Positions 9,679 to 20,143 of a DNA stretch of 64,000 nucleotides are shown piece after piece; the first letter of the stretch is position 1, and each line of letters starts with the position of its first letter. The translations under genes were made by a program, and so were the position numbers. The stretch covers positions 3,168,001 through 3,232,000 of the forward strand of contig OY970194.1 in the NCBI GenBank assembly GCA_963708075.1, given 5' to 3'. The stretch is from Sedimentisphaerales bacterium. GTDB lineage: Bacteria > Planctomycetota > Phycisphaerae > Sedimentisphaerales > Anaerobacaceae. A model generated the notes under the pieces. It was not told where the DNA came from. It searched no databases and worked only from the letters and a program-made list of their open reading frames with translations.

Positions 9679-10833
9679 ATGGTGCAGGTTCCTGAGAATT
9701 CGAGAGACATTGAGAGGTGGCTCAAGCTGATCCGGGCGGATGAAGTCGGGCCGGTGACGTTTGCCCGGCTGTTGAAGTACTTCGGCTCGGTGGATGCAGC
9801 CCTGGGAGCCCCGGTCGGCAGGCTGATGAAGGTCGAAGGGGTCGGCTCGGTGACAGCCGAGCGGATCGCTGCCAGCCGGGACAAATTCGACGCCTGTGCG
9901 GAACTGGAGCTGGCGACAAAGGCCGGGGTCTGGCTCCTGCATATGGAGGACCCGCGTTACCCACCCGTGCTCAAGCAGATCTACGATCCGCCGCCGGTGC
10001 TGTACGTCAAGGGTACGTTGTGCCGGGAGGATAATCTCGCTGTCGCCATCGTGGGGTCGCGCCGGTGCAGCCTTTACGGGCAGGAGCAGGCATCACGTCT
10101 GGCGCATCTGCTTGCCGCCGCAGGCTTTACAATCATATCGGGCATGGCCCGTGGGATCGACACCGCTGCTCATACCGGTGCCCTGGCAGGCGAAGGCAGG
10201 ACCATCGCCGTGCAGGGTTGCGGCCTATCTCGCGTGTTTCCGCCGGAAAATGCAAAGCTTTTCGAGTTGATAAGTGCTTCCGGCGCCTGCATTTGCGAGC
10301 TGCCGGTGCGGGCTGAGCCATTGGCCGAGCACTTCCCGCCCCGTAACCGGATCATTGCCGGGCTGAGTCTTGCTACTATTGTCGTTGAGGCCGGACTGCG
10401 ATCCGGTGCCCTGATTACCGCCAAAACCGCCTTGGAGAGCAACCGCGAGGTGATGGCGGTACCAGGCAAGGTCGATTCTCCGCTGAGCCAGGGGCCTCAT
10501 TACCTCATCAAGCAAGGGGCGAAGCTCATCGAATCGGTCGAGGACGTGATGGAGGCGCTCGGATACGTTGGTGAGCAGCTCAAGGAGCACACAGCCGCTG
10601 CCGCCAGGGAAGCCACCGGAAAGGTCGAGGCCCCTCTATTCGACACGGCGAAATTCAACCTCAAGGGCCACGAGAAGACGGTCCACGATTTCCTCGGCAG
10701 AGAGCCTCTGCACATTGACCAGATCATTACGGATGTGAACCTTCCGGCCGGCGTAGTCAACGCCAGCCTTGTATCTCTGCGGCTCAAAGGCATTATCAAG
10801 CAGTTGCCCGGTAACCTCTTTGTACGGCGTTAG
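9679..10833 (+). CDS. dprA: DNA-processing protein DprA
   Basis: YPPVLKQIYDPPPVLYVKG, VAIVGSR, SGMARGIDTAAH, FPPRNRIIAGLS, SGALITA, C-terminal winged helix. Confidence 0.95.
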   Translation: MVQVPENSRDIERWLKLIRADEVGPVTFARLLKYFGSVDAALGAPVGRLMKVEGVGSVTAERIAASRDKFDACAELELATKAGVWLLHMEDPRYPPVLKQIYDPPPVLYVKGTLCREDNLAVAIVGSRRCSLYGQEQASRLAHLLAAAGFTIISGMARGIDTAAHTGALAGEGRTIAVQGCGLSRVFPPENAKLFELISASGACICELPVRAEPLAEHFPPRNRIIAGLSLATIVVEAGLRSGALITAKTALESNREVMAVPGKVDSPLSQGPHYLIKQGAKLIESVEDVMEALGYVGEQLKEHTAAAAREATGKVEAPLFDTAKFNLKGHEKTVHDFLGREPLHIDQIITDVNLPAGVVNASLVSLRLKGIIKQLPGNLFVRR

Positions 10834-11201
10834 TTACGATAGGCACTGATCCCAGCCATTGGCCGGCCTGCCCCCGGCTCCATCCACCACAGGCGGCATG
10901 TACGATCTATCTCCCGAACTCAGTCCCAATAACACCTGCAATAAAGCGGGCTTACCGGGCGTCGAATACTGTGAGTGCCATAACAGCACTTTGGACAACG
11001 ACAGGCTGATGTGAAAGGCACAGGGAGGCTGGTTATCATTAGACGTACTAATGCAATAGCAAGAATACCTAATAGAAAGAGGACGGAACACGAGCAGCTC
11101 CATTTATCGGTCCTTACCATAAGTACTTATTCTACAACGACTTACGTACATCCCATATGGAGCATGGTTCATATTTCTCAGTTCCTGTCCAATAACAATG
11201 G

Positions 11202-11230
11202 TTGACTACGGGAACGCAATTTGCTAACAT
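11202..11230 (+). promoter_or_regulatory. Putative sigma70 promoter of folC
   Basis: TTGACT-N17-TAACAT, ending 9 nt before the ATG. Confidence 0.5.
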
Positions 11231-11239
11231 GGCGGATTC

Positions 11240-12673
11240 ATGGCCAAGACAATAAGGACAACCGGTAAGAAGCGTACAGGAAGGAGCTCTTCCAAGGTCG
11301 CGTCGATAAAAGCCCAGAAGGCTTTTAGCAACTATAAAGAAGCGATCGCCTACCTGTTTGATAGGACCGACTACGAGAAGGAAGAGCGCGTCCGTTACAA
11401 CGTAACGACCTTCAGCCTCGAGCGGATGGAGAAGCTGCTGTCGCTCGTCGGCGATCCCCACACCAAGATCAAAACGGTGCATATCGCCGGTACGAAGGGC
11501 AAAGGCTCGACAGCCACGATGCTGGCCAAGATGCTTGAGGCGAACGGGCTGACCGTAGGCCTGTACACCTCTCCGCATCTGGTCCACCTGCATGAGCGAA
11601 TCGTGGTGAACTCGCAGATGATCAGCGAGGCGGAGATGCTGGAGCTGCTCAATCGTATCTACGGTCCTGTGGAGAAGTTGACCAAGACAGACCCACCCAC
11701 ATTTTTCGAGATCATGACGACGCTGGCCTTCCTGCACTTCGCGGACCGCAAGATCGATATCGGCGTGATCGAGACGGGCATGGGCGGCCGGCTGGACAGC
11801 ACGAACGTCATTTTGCCGGAAGTCGTTGGCATTACAAGCCTTAGCATCGACCACAAATTGCAGCTCGGCGAAACGCTCGACCTGATCGCGATGGAGAAGG
11901 CCGGTGTGTTGAAGCGTGGCGTGCCTGCCATCACGGTGGAGCAGGAGCCGATGGCCATGAATGTGCTTCGGGCACAGGCTACGGCCATGAAGGCCCCGCT
12001 GAGCGTAACGGGCAGCGATATCGATTTCTCCTGTCGATTCGAGACGTCGCGCGAGCATGGGCCGCACACACGCATCTGCCTGACTACCCCCACAAGCCGA
12101 TTCGAGCACCTTCGCGTGCCCCTGCATGGCCGGCATCAGGCCATCAATTGCGGGCTGGCCCTGGCCTTGCTGGACAAGCTCAAAGCCGCCGGCTACGAGA
12201 TCGACAACGACAAGGCTGCCGCCGGACTCAACGATGTGCGGCTGGCCGGCCGGATGGAAATGATCTGCGAAGATCCTCGCATTATGATCGACGGCGCACA
12301 CAATGCCGCCAGCATTCGCGCGCTCATCCATGCCATCGGCCAGAACATCCCCTACGATTCCATGGTCGTCATTTTCGGGTGCAACAGCGACAAGGACATC
12401 AAGGGCATGCTGGCGGAGCTTCAGTACGGGGCCGACAAGGTCATTTTCACACGAAGCAATTCGGTAAAGGCCACGTCGCCGCAGGATCTGGCAGATGCGT
12501 ACACGGAGCTTTGCGGCAAGATGTGCCAGACCGCCAGTTGTCTCGGCGAAGCGCTGCAACTCGCCCGCAGCGCCATCGGCAGAGAAGACCTGATCTGCAT
12601 CACGGGCAGTTTCTACCTGATTGGCCAGGCAAAGGTCCGCTTCCAACCCCGCATGGTTTCGGTCACCTCGTGA
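11240..12673 (+). CDS. folC: Folylpolyglutamate synthase/dihydrofolate synthase
   Basis: HIAGTKGKGST, YTSPHL, TFFEIMT, ETGMGGRLDSTNV, DGAHN, TGSFYL. Confidence 0.95.
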   Translation: MAKTIRTTGKKRTGRSSSKVASIKAQKAFSNYKEAIAYLFDRTDYEKEERVRYNVTTFSLERMEKLLSLVGDPHTKIKTVHIAGTKGKGSTATMLAKMLEANGLTVGLYTSPHLVHLHERIVVNSQMISEAEMLELLNRIYGPVEKLTKTDPPTFFEIMTTLAFLHFADRKIDIGVIETGMGGRLDSTNVILPEVVGITSLSIDHKLQLGETLDLIAMEKAGVLKRGVPAITVEQEPMAMNVLRAQATAMKAPLSVTGSDIDFSCRFETSREHGPHTRICLTTPTSRFEHLRVPLHGRHQAINCGLALALLDKLKAAGYEIDNDKAAAGLNDVRLAGRMEMICEDPRIMIDGAHNAASIRALIHAIGQNIPYDSMVVIFGCNSDKDIKGMLAELQYGADKVIFTRSNSVKATSPQDLADAYTELCGKMCQTASCLGEALQLARSAIGREDLICITGSFYLIGQAKVRFQPRMVSVTS

Positions 12674-12749
12674 TCGCACGCAACTGCGGCCGCATGTTCC
12701 GAAGAAATTGACAAGCCCAATCAGCCCCTGCGCCGTGCGTGTTTTATAG

Positions 12750-12778
12750 TTGACGATCCCCGCGTCGGACCTTTTAAT
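12750..12778 (+). promoter_or_regulatory. Putative sigma70 promoter of the rha locus
   Basis: TTGACG-N17-TTTAAT. Confidence 0.45.
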
Positions 12779-12838
12779 CTCTTTCTCGTACGCCGTTTGT
12801 GACGGTGCGATGAACGAGCTTGCGAGAAGGAGCAGGCG

Positions 12839-14314
12839 ATGGCGAAGAAGACCAACTATATCGCAGTGGACCTGGGCGCCGAGAGCGGGCGAGTCATGCT
12901 CGGTCGCATTACCGACGGGCGATTGACCCTCGAACAAATTCACCGCTTCAGTAACGGCCCGGTGGATGAACAAGGGTCCCTGCGGTGGGACTTCGACCGG
13001 CTGCTGTCGGAGATCAAGACCGGCATCGGCCAGGCGGTGAAGAAGGCCGACGGCCGGGCCCACGGCATCGGGGTAGACACCTGGGGCGTGGACTTCGGCC
13101 TGCTCGGGGCCGACGGGCAGCTCATCGAGAAGCCCTACCACTACCGCGACAGCCGAACCAACGGCATGATGGACAAGGCCTTCACGCTCATGCCGAAACG
13201 CCGGATCTATGAGAGCACCGGCATTCAATTCATGCAGCTCAACTCGCTCTACCAAGTCCTCGCGATGCGACTGGCGAATTCGCCCGCGTTGGCCAGGACC
13301 GAGCGGCTGTTGTTCATGGCGGACCTGTTCACGTATTTCCTCTGCGGCAAGGCTGTCGGTGAGTACACGCTGGCAAGCACCTCGCAGATGATGGATATGA
13401 AGACCGGCCTGTGGTCACAGGCGATTTTCGATGAGCTCTCGCTGCCCAGGAAGGTCATGCCGGAGATCGTCATGCCCGGGACAGTCGTCGGTGACCTGAC
13501 GGACGCAGTGGCAAAGGAAATCGGCTGTCCGAAGATCCCCGTCATCGCGATCGGCTCGCACGATACGGCGTCGGCCGTGCTGGGCGTACCCGCCGCCGGC
13601 GAGAGGTGGGCATACCTGTCCTCGGGGACATGGAGCCTGATGGGCGTCGAGCTGCCCAATGCCGTTGTCAATGACAAATCGTTCAAATACGAGTTCACCA
13701 ATGAAGGCGGCGTGGAGAATACGATTCGCCTTCTGAAAAACATCATGGGACTGTGGCTGGTGCAGGAATGCAAGCGTCAGTGGCAGCGGGAGGGCCAGGA
13801 CCTTTCCTATGGCGAGCTGACGAAAATGGCTGTGGCGGCCAAGCCGTTCTTCGGACACGTCGAATGCGACCGCAGCGAGTTTCTGGCGCCGGGCGACATG
13901 CCGGGGCGAATCAACAAGTATCTCGCCGAGACCGCCCAGAAGCCCACGCAGGATAAGGGCCAGATGGTTCGCCTGATCCTCGAAAGCCTCGCCCTCAAGT
14001 ACCGCTCGGTTCTCAACGCCATTGAGGACGTCACGGGGCAGACCGTGGATGTCCTGCACATCGTCGGCGGCGGGATCCAGAACGAGCTGCTGTGCCAGTT
14101 CACCGCCAACGCCATCGGCAAAAAGGTCGTCACCGGCCCCATTGAGGCCACGGCCATCGGCAACATCCTGATGCAGGCCAAGGCCGCCGGCCAGCTCAAG
14201 AGCATCGATGAGGCCCGCACGGTCATCCGAAACTCGTTCGAGCTGAAAGAGTACCAGCCGCAGGATACGGCCCTCTGGGACAAGCAGTACAAGAAGTCCT
14301 CAGGAAACAAGTGA
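12839..14314 (+). CDS. rhaB: Rhamnulokinase (FGGY kinase)
   Basis: AVDLGAESGR, GVDTWGVDFGL, YRDSRT, HDTASAV, SSGTWSL, FTNEGG, KNIMGLW. Confidence 0.9.
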   Translation: MAKKTNYIAVDLGAESGRVMLGRITDGRLTLEQIHRFSNGPVDEQGSLRWDFDRLLSEIKTGIGQAVKKADGRAHGIGVDTWGVDFGLLGADGQLIEKPYHYRDSRTNGMMDKAFTLMPKRRIYESTGIQFMQLNSLYQVLAMRLANSPALARTERLLFMADLFTYFLCGKAVGEYTLASTSQMMDMKTGLWSQAIFDELSLPRKVMPEIVMPGTVVGDLTDAVAKEIGCPKIPVIAIGSHDTASAVLGVPAAGERWAYLSSGTWSLMGVELPNAVVNDKSFKYEFTNEGGVENTIRLLKNIMGLWLVQECKRQWQREGQDLSYGELTKMAVAAKPFFGHVECDRSEFLAPGDMPGRINKYLAETAQKPTQDKGQMVRLILESLALKYRSVLNAIEDVTGQTVDVLHIVGGGIQNELLCQFTANAIGKKVVTGPIEATAIGNILMQAKAAGQLKSIDEARTVIRNSFELKEYQPQDTALWDKQYKKSSGNK

Positions 14315-14315
14315 T

Positions 14316-14340
14316 GGATTCCCGCCTGTGCGGGAATGAC
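14316..14340. repeat. ATTCCC-N8-GGGAAT palindrome (dRS3-like)
   Basis: GGATTCCCGCCTGTGCGGGAATGAC. Confidence 0.7.
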
Positions 14341-14389
14341 AAATCATGTTGAGTTGGAGGACGCAAGTGGAGGGAAGGAGACAGGGATT

Positions 14390-15715
14390 TTGATTGAGAA
14401 ACTCGAACAGCAGTTGGACAGCTTCGATCCTGCCGAACGCAAGGTTGCGCTGCTGGCCCTGCTTGAGAAGGTAAAGGCCGGGGAGCTCGCTCTTTGCGAG
14501 TCCTGCAACGCCGTGAACATTCATTGCCACACGTTCTTCTCGTACAACGCCTACGGTTACTCGCCGACGAAATTTGCCTGGTTGGCCCGCAGGGAGGGGC
14601 TGGCGGTGGCGGGTACGACGGATTTCGATGTGCTCGACGCGCTCGATGAATTTCGCGAGGCCTGCCGGCTGCTGGACCTCAAGGGCTGTTCGGGCATGGA
14701 GACGCGCGTTTATGTGCCCGAGTTTGCCACGCGGGTGATCAACTCGCCGGGCGAGCCGGGCATCTCCTACCACATGGGCGTCGGCTTCCCAAGCTCGAAG
14801 GTGCCGGAGTCGCAACAGTCTTTCCTGCGGGGCCTTAAGGAAACCGCCCAGCAGCGAAACCGCGAGTTGATGGCGCGGGTAAATCGATATCTCAGTCCCG
14901 TGGAGATCGATTACGAGCGCGACGTGCTCATCCTCACGCCCGCAGGCAACGCGACCGAGCGTCACATGTGCCTGGCGTACGCCCGCAAGGCCGTGGACAT
15001 CTTCGGCGAAACCCACAAGCTCATCGAGTTCTGGTCGCAGAAACTGGGCACCGACGCGGTGATGCTTGGGCTGCCCGAGGGACGCGACCTGCTCAACACG
15101 ATCCGCGCCAAGACGATGAAACGAGGCGGGGTCGGCTACGTCCAACCCGACAGGGGCTCATTTCCGCTCATGGCCGACACGAACCGTTTCATCCTTGCGG
15201 TGGGCGGAATGCCTGTGCATACGTGGCTCGACGGGTCCAGCGACGGCGAACAAGCCATTGAGGAGTTGCTCGACGTCGCCATGAGCACGGGGGCAGTGGC
15301 CATCAACGTGATCCCCGACCGCAACTACACGCCGGGCGCCCCGGATCAGAAAGTGAAGAACCTTTACCGCGTGATCGAGGTGGCTCAGCGCCGCCATCTC
15401 GTCGTGGTTGAGGGCACCGAGATGAACAGCCCGGGCCAGAAGTTCGTCGATGATTTCGACACCAAGGAGCTGGCCCCCCTGCTGCCGGTATTCCTGAAGG
15501 GCGCCCATATCGTCTATGCCCACTCGGTACTGCAACAACAGTGCGGCCTGGGATACACCAGCGCGTGGGCGGACAAGCACTTCGGCACCGCCGAGCGAAA
15601 GAACGCGTTCTTCGAGCAGGTCGGCGCGACCTTGAGGCCGCGACAAGAAGACAGCCTCGCAGGATTCAAGCATACCAGGACGCCCGGAGACGTGCTGAAG
15701 ATGATACGGGCGTAA
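14390..15715 (+). CDS. PHP-domain-like protein
   Basis: NIHCHTFFS, TTDFD, GMETR, GTEMN. TTG start chosen after AAGGAG; the track's ATG at 14336 lies inside a repeat. Confidence 0.7.
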   Translation: MIEKLEQQLDSFDPAERKVALLALLEKVKAGELALCESCNAVNIHCHTFFSYNAYGYSPTKFAWLARREGLAVAGTTDFDVLDALDEFREACRLLDLKGCSGMETRVYVPEFATRVINSPGEPGISYHMGVGFPSSKVPESQQSFLRGLKETAQQRNRELMARVNRYLSPVEIDYERDVLILTPAGNATERHMCLAYARKAVDIFGETHKLIEFWSQKLGTDAVMLGLPEGRDLLNTIRAKTMKRGGVGYVQPDRGSFPLMADTNRFILAVGGMPVHTWLDGSSDGEQAIEELLDVAMSTGAVAINVIPDRNYTPGAPDQKVKNLYRVIEVAQRRHLVVVEGTEMNSPGQKFVDDFDTKELAPLLPVFLKGAHIVYAHSVLQQQCGLGYTSAWADKHFGTAERKNAFFEQVGATLRPRQEDSLAGFKHTRTPGDVLKMIRA

Positions 15716-15759
15716 TGCGCATGGCTGGCTCATCATAGGGCAAAGGATAGACAACGCAC

Positions 15760-17433
15760 ATGAAGGCGAACATACCCGACAAGCAATATGCAGTGCAATT
15801 GGTGGGGCCGGATCAGCTCACGTTGAACAAGGCGAAGGAGGTCTTTCGGCCCGGGCCGCACCAGATTCTGGCGAAGGTGGAAGTCGTCGGCCTGTGCTTC
15901 TCGGATTTGAAGCTGCTCAAGCAGTTCACCGGCCACGTCCGCAAGGGCCCCGTCGTGGAGGGTGTCGATCTCGACATTCTCAAGGACATCCCGAGCTACG
16001 TGCCGGATACAGCGCCGACAGTCCCGGGGCATGAGACGGTGGTTCGCATCGCCGCCGTCGGGCCGGGCGTGGAGAGGCACAAGCCCGGCGAGCGATACCT
16101 CGTGCAGACCGACTATCGCTGGCTCCGCACAGCCACCTCCAATGCCGCCTTCGGATACAACTTCGAGGGCGCCCTGCAGGAATATGTTCTGATGGATGAG
16201 CGGGTCATCACTGCCCCAGATGGCGAATCGATGCTCATCCCGGCGCGCGAGGACAAATCGGGCTCGGCAATTGCCCTGGCGGAGCCCTGGGCGTGCGTTG
16301 AGGATGCGTACGTCTCGAAGGAACGGACCACGCTCAAGGCGGGCGGCCGGATGCTGATCGTCGTGGATGCAGAGATTGGGAGCGGCCGGATGAGCAATCT
16401 CTTCCGCCGACACGGCACTCCCGGCAAGATCACATGGGTCTCCAAATTGACGCCGCCGGCGGACCTTGGGGTCCCGGTGACCCGCGCCAAGTATGTCGAT
16501 GGGCTTGAGGACGCCGCCTATGACGACGTCATCTACTTCGGGGCGAACCCGCGTACGGCGGAAACGCTCTTCGCGAAGGTCGCCGCCAATGGCTTGCTGA
16601 ACGTCGTCTTGGGCGGCGATCGCTTCGGCCGGCCGGTCGTGACCATGGTCGGCCGGGTTCACTACGGCGGGATTCGCATCATCGGCACGGCCGGGTCCGA
16701 TCCCGCCGACTCCATGAAGTATATCCCGAAAACCGGCGAGATCCGCCGCGACGATCGTGTCAACGTCGTCGGCGCCGGCGGGCCCATGGGAATGATGCAC
16801 GTCATTCGCAACATCTGTCAGGGCGTGGATGGCGTAAGCGTGTTCGCGGGGGACGTGGATGACAACCGGCTGGCCGCGCTGACGAAGATCGCCCAGCCGC
16901 TGGCCGAGAAAAATGATGTCGAGTACAACACGTACAATGCAAAGGATGGGCAGACCCCGGAGGACTGCACCTACACGGTACTGATGGCGCCTGTGCCTGA
17001 GCTGGTAGCGGCCGCTGTGCACAACTCCGCGCCCCGGGGCATCATCAACATCTTCGCGGGTATACCGGCGACCATCACCGGAGAAATCGATGTGGACGCC
17101 TATGTGGAGAAGCGGCTGTACTTCATCGGGACCAGCGGCTCGACCCTGGATGACATGAAACGCATGTTGGAGAAGGTCGAGACGGGCCGGCTGGACACCA
17201 ACGTGAGCGTGGCCGCCATCTCCGGCCTGGATGGCGCTGTCGAAGGTATTCGGGCTGTGGAGAATCGTTCCATCGCCGGCAAGATCATGGTGTACCCGGC
17301 GTGCAAGGGCCTCGGCCTGACACGGTTGGAGGAACTCGCCACTAAGATGCCCGATGTGGCCGCGGCCTTGAAAGATGGCCTCTGGACCGCCGAAGCAGAG
17401 AAGAAATTACTCGAAGAGCATTCAACCAAGTAG
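15760..17433 (+). CDS. Zn-dependent MDR dehydrogenase (sorbose-1-phosphate reductase-like), extended
   Basis: GLCFSD, PGHE, GALQEY, LAEPWAC, GAGGPMG, GTSGS. Confidence 0.8.
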   Translation: MKANIPDKQYAVQLVGPDQLTLNKAKEVFRPGPHQILAKVEVVGLCFSDLKLLKQFTGHVRKGPVVEGVDLDILKDIPSYVPDTAPTVPGHETVVRIAAVGPGVERHKPGERYLVQTDYRWLRTATSNAAFGYNFEGALQEYVLMDERVITAPDGESMLIPAREDKSGSAIALAEPWACVEDAYVSKERTTLKAGGRMLIVVDAEIGSGRMSNLFRRHGTPGKITWVSKLTPPADLGVPVTRAKYVDGLEDAAYDDVIYFGANPRTAETLFAKVAANGLLNVVLGGDRFGRPVVTMVGRVHYGGIRIIGTAGSDPADSMKYIPKTGEIRRDDRVNVVGAGGPMGMMHVIRNICQGVDGVSVFAGDVDDNRLAALTKIAQPLAEKNDVEYNTYNAKDGQTPEDCTYTVLMAPVPELVAAAVHNSAPRGIINIFAGIPATITGEIDVDAYVEKRLYFIGTSGSTLDDMKRMLEKVETGRLDTNVSVAAISGLDGAVEGIRAVENRSIAGKIMVYPACKGLGLTRLEELATKMPDVAAALKDGLWTAEAEKKLLEEHSTK

Positions 17434-17504
17434 GGTGGGTTCTCAACCCACGCGCCAGGGTGTGCACTGACCGAGCCAACGCGTGGGTCAAGGACCCACC
17501 CTAC
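17430..17504. repeat. REPIN-like inverted pair of GTAG-type REP units
   Basis: GTAGGGTGGGTTCTCAACCCACGCG ... CGCGTGGGTCAAGGACCCACCCTAC. Confidence 0.75.
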
Positions 17505-17555
17505 AAACCGACACAGGTTCGTGACAAGGTTCTGTGAAATGGAAAGGACACGAGG

Positions 17556-18776
17556 ATGAAAGGCAAGGGGAGAATCACATCACATCAGTTGCACCATCGA
17601 TACGGAACGTGCATATTCACGCTGCTGACCGTCTGTGCTTTGATTTGCCTGGCGGCCACGGACCTGTTCGCGCAGGGCCGGGCGTTCAACGGCTTGGATA
17701 TGGACATGGGCAACCTGGCGCGACTGTCGAACGCCAAGACACGCTCGATCAGCCCGGAGAATTTCACCGGCGAGAAGGGCAAGGCCGGTATGGCCACCGA
17801 GGGCACCGGTAAGAACGCCGCCCGTGACCTGGGCCAGGGCTGGAAGGTTTCGCCCTCGGTGCGAATTCCGGCGAAATCCACGTTCACCATGGGCGAGATC
17901 AACGGCTCCGGCGCGATCCAGCAGATCTGGATGACGCCCGCCCCGCTCGACAAGACGCAGATCTACATCCTCCGCCTCTACTGGGACGGTGAGACCACGC
18001 CCTCCGTGGAAGTGCCGATGAGCCATTTCTTCGCCTGCGGCTGGGGCAAGTACGCCCAGATCAACTCGCTGGCCGTGTGCGTGAATCCGGGCAGCGCATT
18101 CAACTGCTACTGGCCGATGCCCTTCCGCAAAAGCGCCAAGATCACGATGGAGAACCTCGACGACAAGGACATGGTGCTCTACTACCAGATCAACTACACG
18201 CTGACGGAAGTGCCGGAGAGCATGGCCTACTTCCACGCCCAGTACCGCCGCGAATCGCCGCTCAAGACCAAGGGCCTCTTCACCATCCTCGACGGCGTCC
18301 AGGGCCAGGGTCACTACGTCGGCACCTACCTCGCGTGGGAGGTTCATAGCCCGGGCTGGTGGGGTGAAGGCGAAATCAAGTTCTTCATGGACGGCGACAA
18401 GGAGTTCCCGACGATTTGCGGCACGGGGACCGAGGACTACTTCTGCGGCTCGTACAACTTCGAGAACCGCGAGATCAAGAAATACCAGACCTTCTCGACG
18501 CCCTACACCGGCCTCGCCCAAGTCCTCCCGCCGGACAAAATCTATGAGGTCGGCCAGCGGTTCGGGCTGTATCGCTGGCACGTCACCGACCCGGTCCGGT
18601 TCGAGAAAGACCTGCGCGTGACGATCCAGGCGCTCGGCTGGCAGAAAGACGGGAAGTATCTTCAGGAGGAAGACGACATCGCGGCAGTCGCGTACTGGTA
18701 CCAGGCAGAGCCGCACGCGGCGTTCCCCAAGCTGCCCGACCGAGAGGCGTTGAAGGTTGCGCCGCAACAACAATAG
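17556..18776 (+). CDS. DUF2961 / GH172-family glycoside hydrolase
   Basis: [40 protein letters not shown]. Start uncertain. Confidence 0.9.
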   Translation: MKGKGRITSHQLHHRYGTCIFTLLTVCALICLAATDLFAQGRAFNGLDMDMGNLARLSNAKTRSISPENFTGEKGKAGMATEGTGKNAARDLGQGWKVSPSVRIPAKSTFTMGEINGSGAIQQIWMTPAPLDKTQIYILRLYWDGETTPSVEVPMSHFFACGWGKYAQINSLAVCVNPGSAFNCYWPMPFRKSAKITMENLDDKDMVLYYQINYTLTEVPESMAYFHAQYRRESPLKTKGLFTILDGVQGQGHYVGTYLAWEVHSPGWWGEGEIKFFMDGDKEFPTICGTGTEDYFCGSYNFENREIKKYQTFSTPYTGLAQVLPPDKIYEVGQRFGLYRWHVTDPVRFEKDLRVTIQALGWQKDGKYLQEEDDIAAVAYWYQAEPHAAFPKLPDREALKVAPQQQ

Positions 18777-18791
18777 GATCCATCCGGGCAT

Positions 18792-18829
18792 CGGGTGCCA
18801 CGCTTACGCTTGCATAAGCATGGCACCCG
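18792..18829. repeat. GGGTGCCA-ended palindrome
   Basis: CGGGTGCCACGCTTACGC..GCATAAGCATGGCACCCG; related copy at 23041. Confidence 0.7.
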
Positions 18830-18861
18830 GCCTGAGACAGATTGTCCGTGAAAGGAGCATC

Positions 18862-20127
18862 ATGGCGAATACGAGACAAGTTGAGCAGGCGTACAGACTA
18901 GCACGTGAGCGATACGCGGACTACGGCGTCGACACGGAAAAGGCGATGCGCAGGCTTCGCAAGATTGCCATCTCCCTCCACTGCTGGCAGGGAGATGACG
19001 TCGGCGGGTTCGAGAACGCCGAGGGGCTCAGCGGCGGCGGGATCATGGCCACCGGCGCCTATCCCGGCAAGGCCCGAACTCCCGACGAGCTGCGGGCCGA
19101 TATCGAAGAGGCCCTGAGTCTGATCCCGGGCAGGCATCGGCTGAACCTGCACGCGATGTACGCCGAGACCAGGCGCAAGATCGATCGTAATGAGATAGAG
19201 CCGAGGCATTTCAAAGGCTGGGTCCAATGGGCCAGGGCGAACAAACTCGGCATGGACTTCAACGGCTCGTATTTCTCGCACCCGAAAGCCGCTGACGGCT
19301 TCACGCTCTCCAGTGCGAAGGAGAGCATCCGCCGGTTCTGGGTCGAGCACGGCATCGCCTGCCGCAAGATCGGGGCGTATATGGGCAGAGAGCTTGGCAC
19401 GCCCTGCGTGACGAACACCTGGATTCCCGACGGATACAAGGATATCCCCGTGGATCGCAAAGGCCCGCGCGAACGACTCAGAAAATCGCTCGACGAAATC
19501 CACGCCCAACCGATGAATCGCAAGTACCTGCTGGATGCCGTCGAGGGCAAGCTATTCGGCCTCGGCTCGGAAAGCTACGTCGTCGGCTCGCACGAGTTTT
19601 ACTTAGGCTATGCCGTGGCGAATGGAACGTTGCTGTGCCTGGACATGGGCCATTTCCACCCGACGGAGACCGTGTCCGATAAGATCTCGGCCGTGATGAC
19701 ATTCGTGGACGAGATTCTGCTGCACGTTAGCCGCGGCGTGCGATGGGACAGCGACCACGTCGTGGTCCTTTCCGACGAATTGCAGGCCCTCGCGCAGGAG
19801 CTTGTCCGGGGCGACTACCTTGATCGAACGCATATCGGCCTGGATTTCTTCGACGCCAGCATCAATCGCATCGCCGCATGGGCCGTCGGCACCCGCTGCA
19901 TGATCAAGGCCCTGCTGCTGGCGATGCTTGAGCCCACGGCTCAGCTTCAGCGGATGGAGGTCAAGGGCGATTTCACGTCGCGTCTGGCCACACTTGAGGA
20001 ACTGAAGACACTGCCGTTCGGGGCCGTGTGGGATTACTATTGCCTTAAATCGAACGTGCCGATAGGTAACGCATGGCTTAACGAAGCCAAGGCGTACGAA
20101 GAGAACGTGCTGACGAAACGCAGTTAA
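18862..20127 (+). CDS. rhaA: L-rhamnose isomerase
   Basis: [61 protein letters not shown]. Confidence 0.95.
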   Translation: MANTRQVEQAYRLARERYADYGVDTEKAMRRLRKIAISLHCWQGDDVGGFENAEGLSGGGIMATGAYPGKARTPDELRADIEEALSLIPGRHRLNLHAMYAETRRKIDRNEIEPRHFKGWVQWARANKLGMDFNGSYFSHPKAADGFTLSSAKESIRRFWVEHGIACRKIGAYMGRELGTPCVTNTWIPDGYKDIPVDRKGPRERLRKSLDEIHAQPMNRKYLLDAVEGKLFGLGSESYVVGSHEFYLGYAVANGTLLCLDMGHFHPTETVSDKISAVMTFVDEILLHVSRGVRWDSDHVVVLSDELQALAQELVRGDYLDRTHIGLDFFDASINRIAAWAVGTRCMIKALLLAMLEPTAQLQRMEVKGDFTSRLATLEELKTLPFGAVWDYYCLKSNVPIGNAWLNEAKAYEENVLTKRS

Positions 20128-20143
20128 AGGAAACGAAACGATC

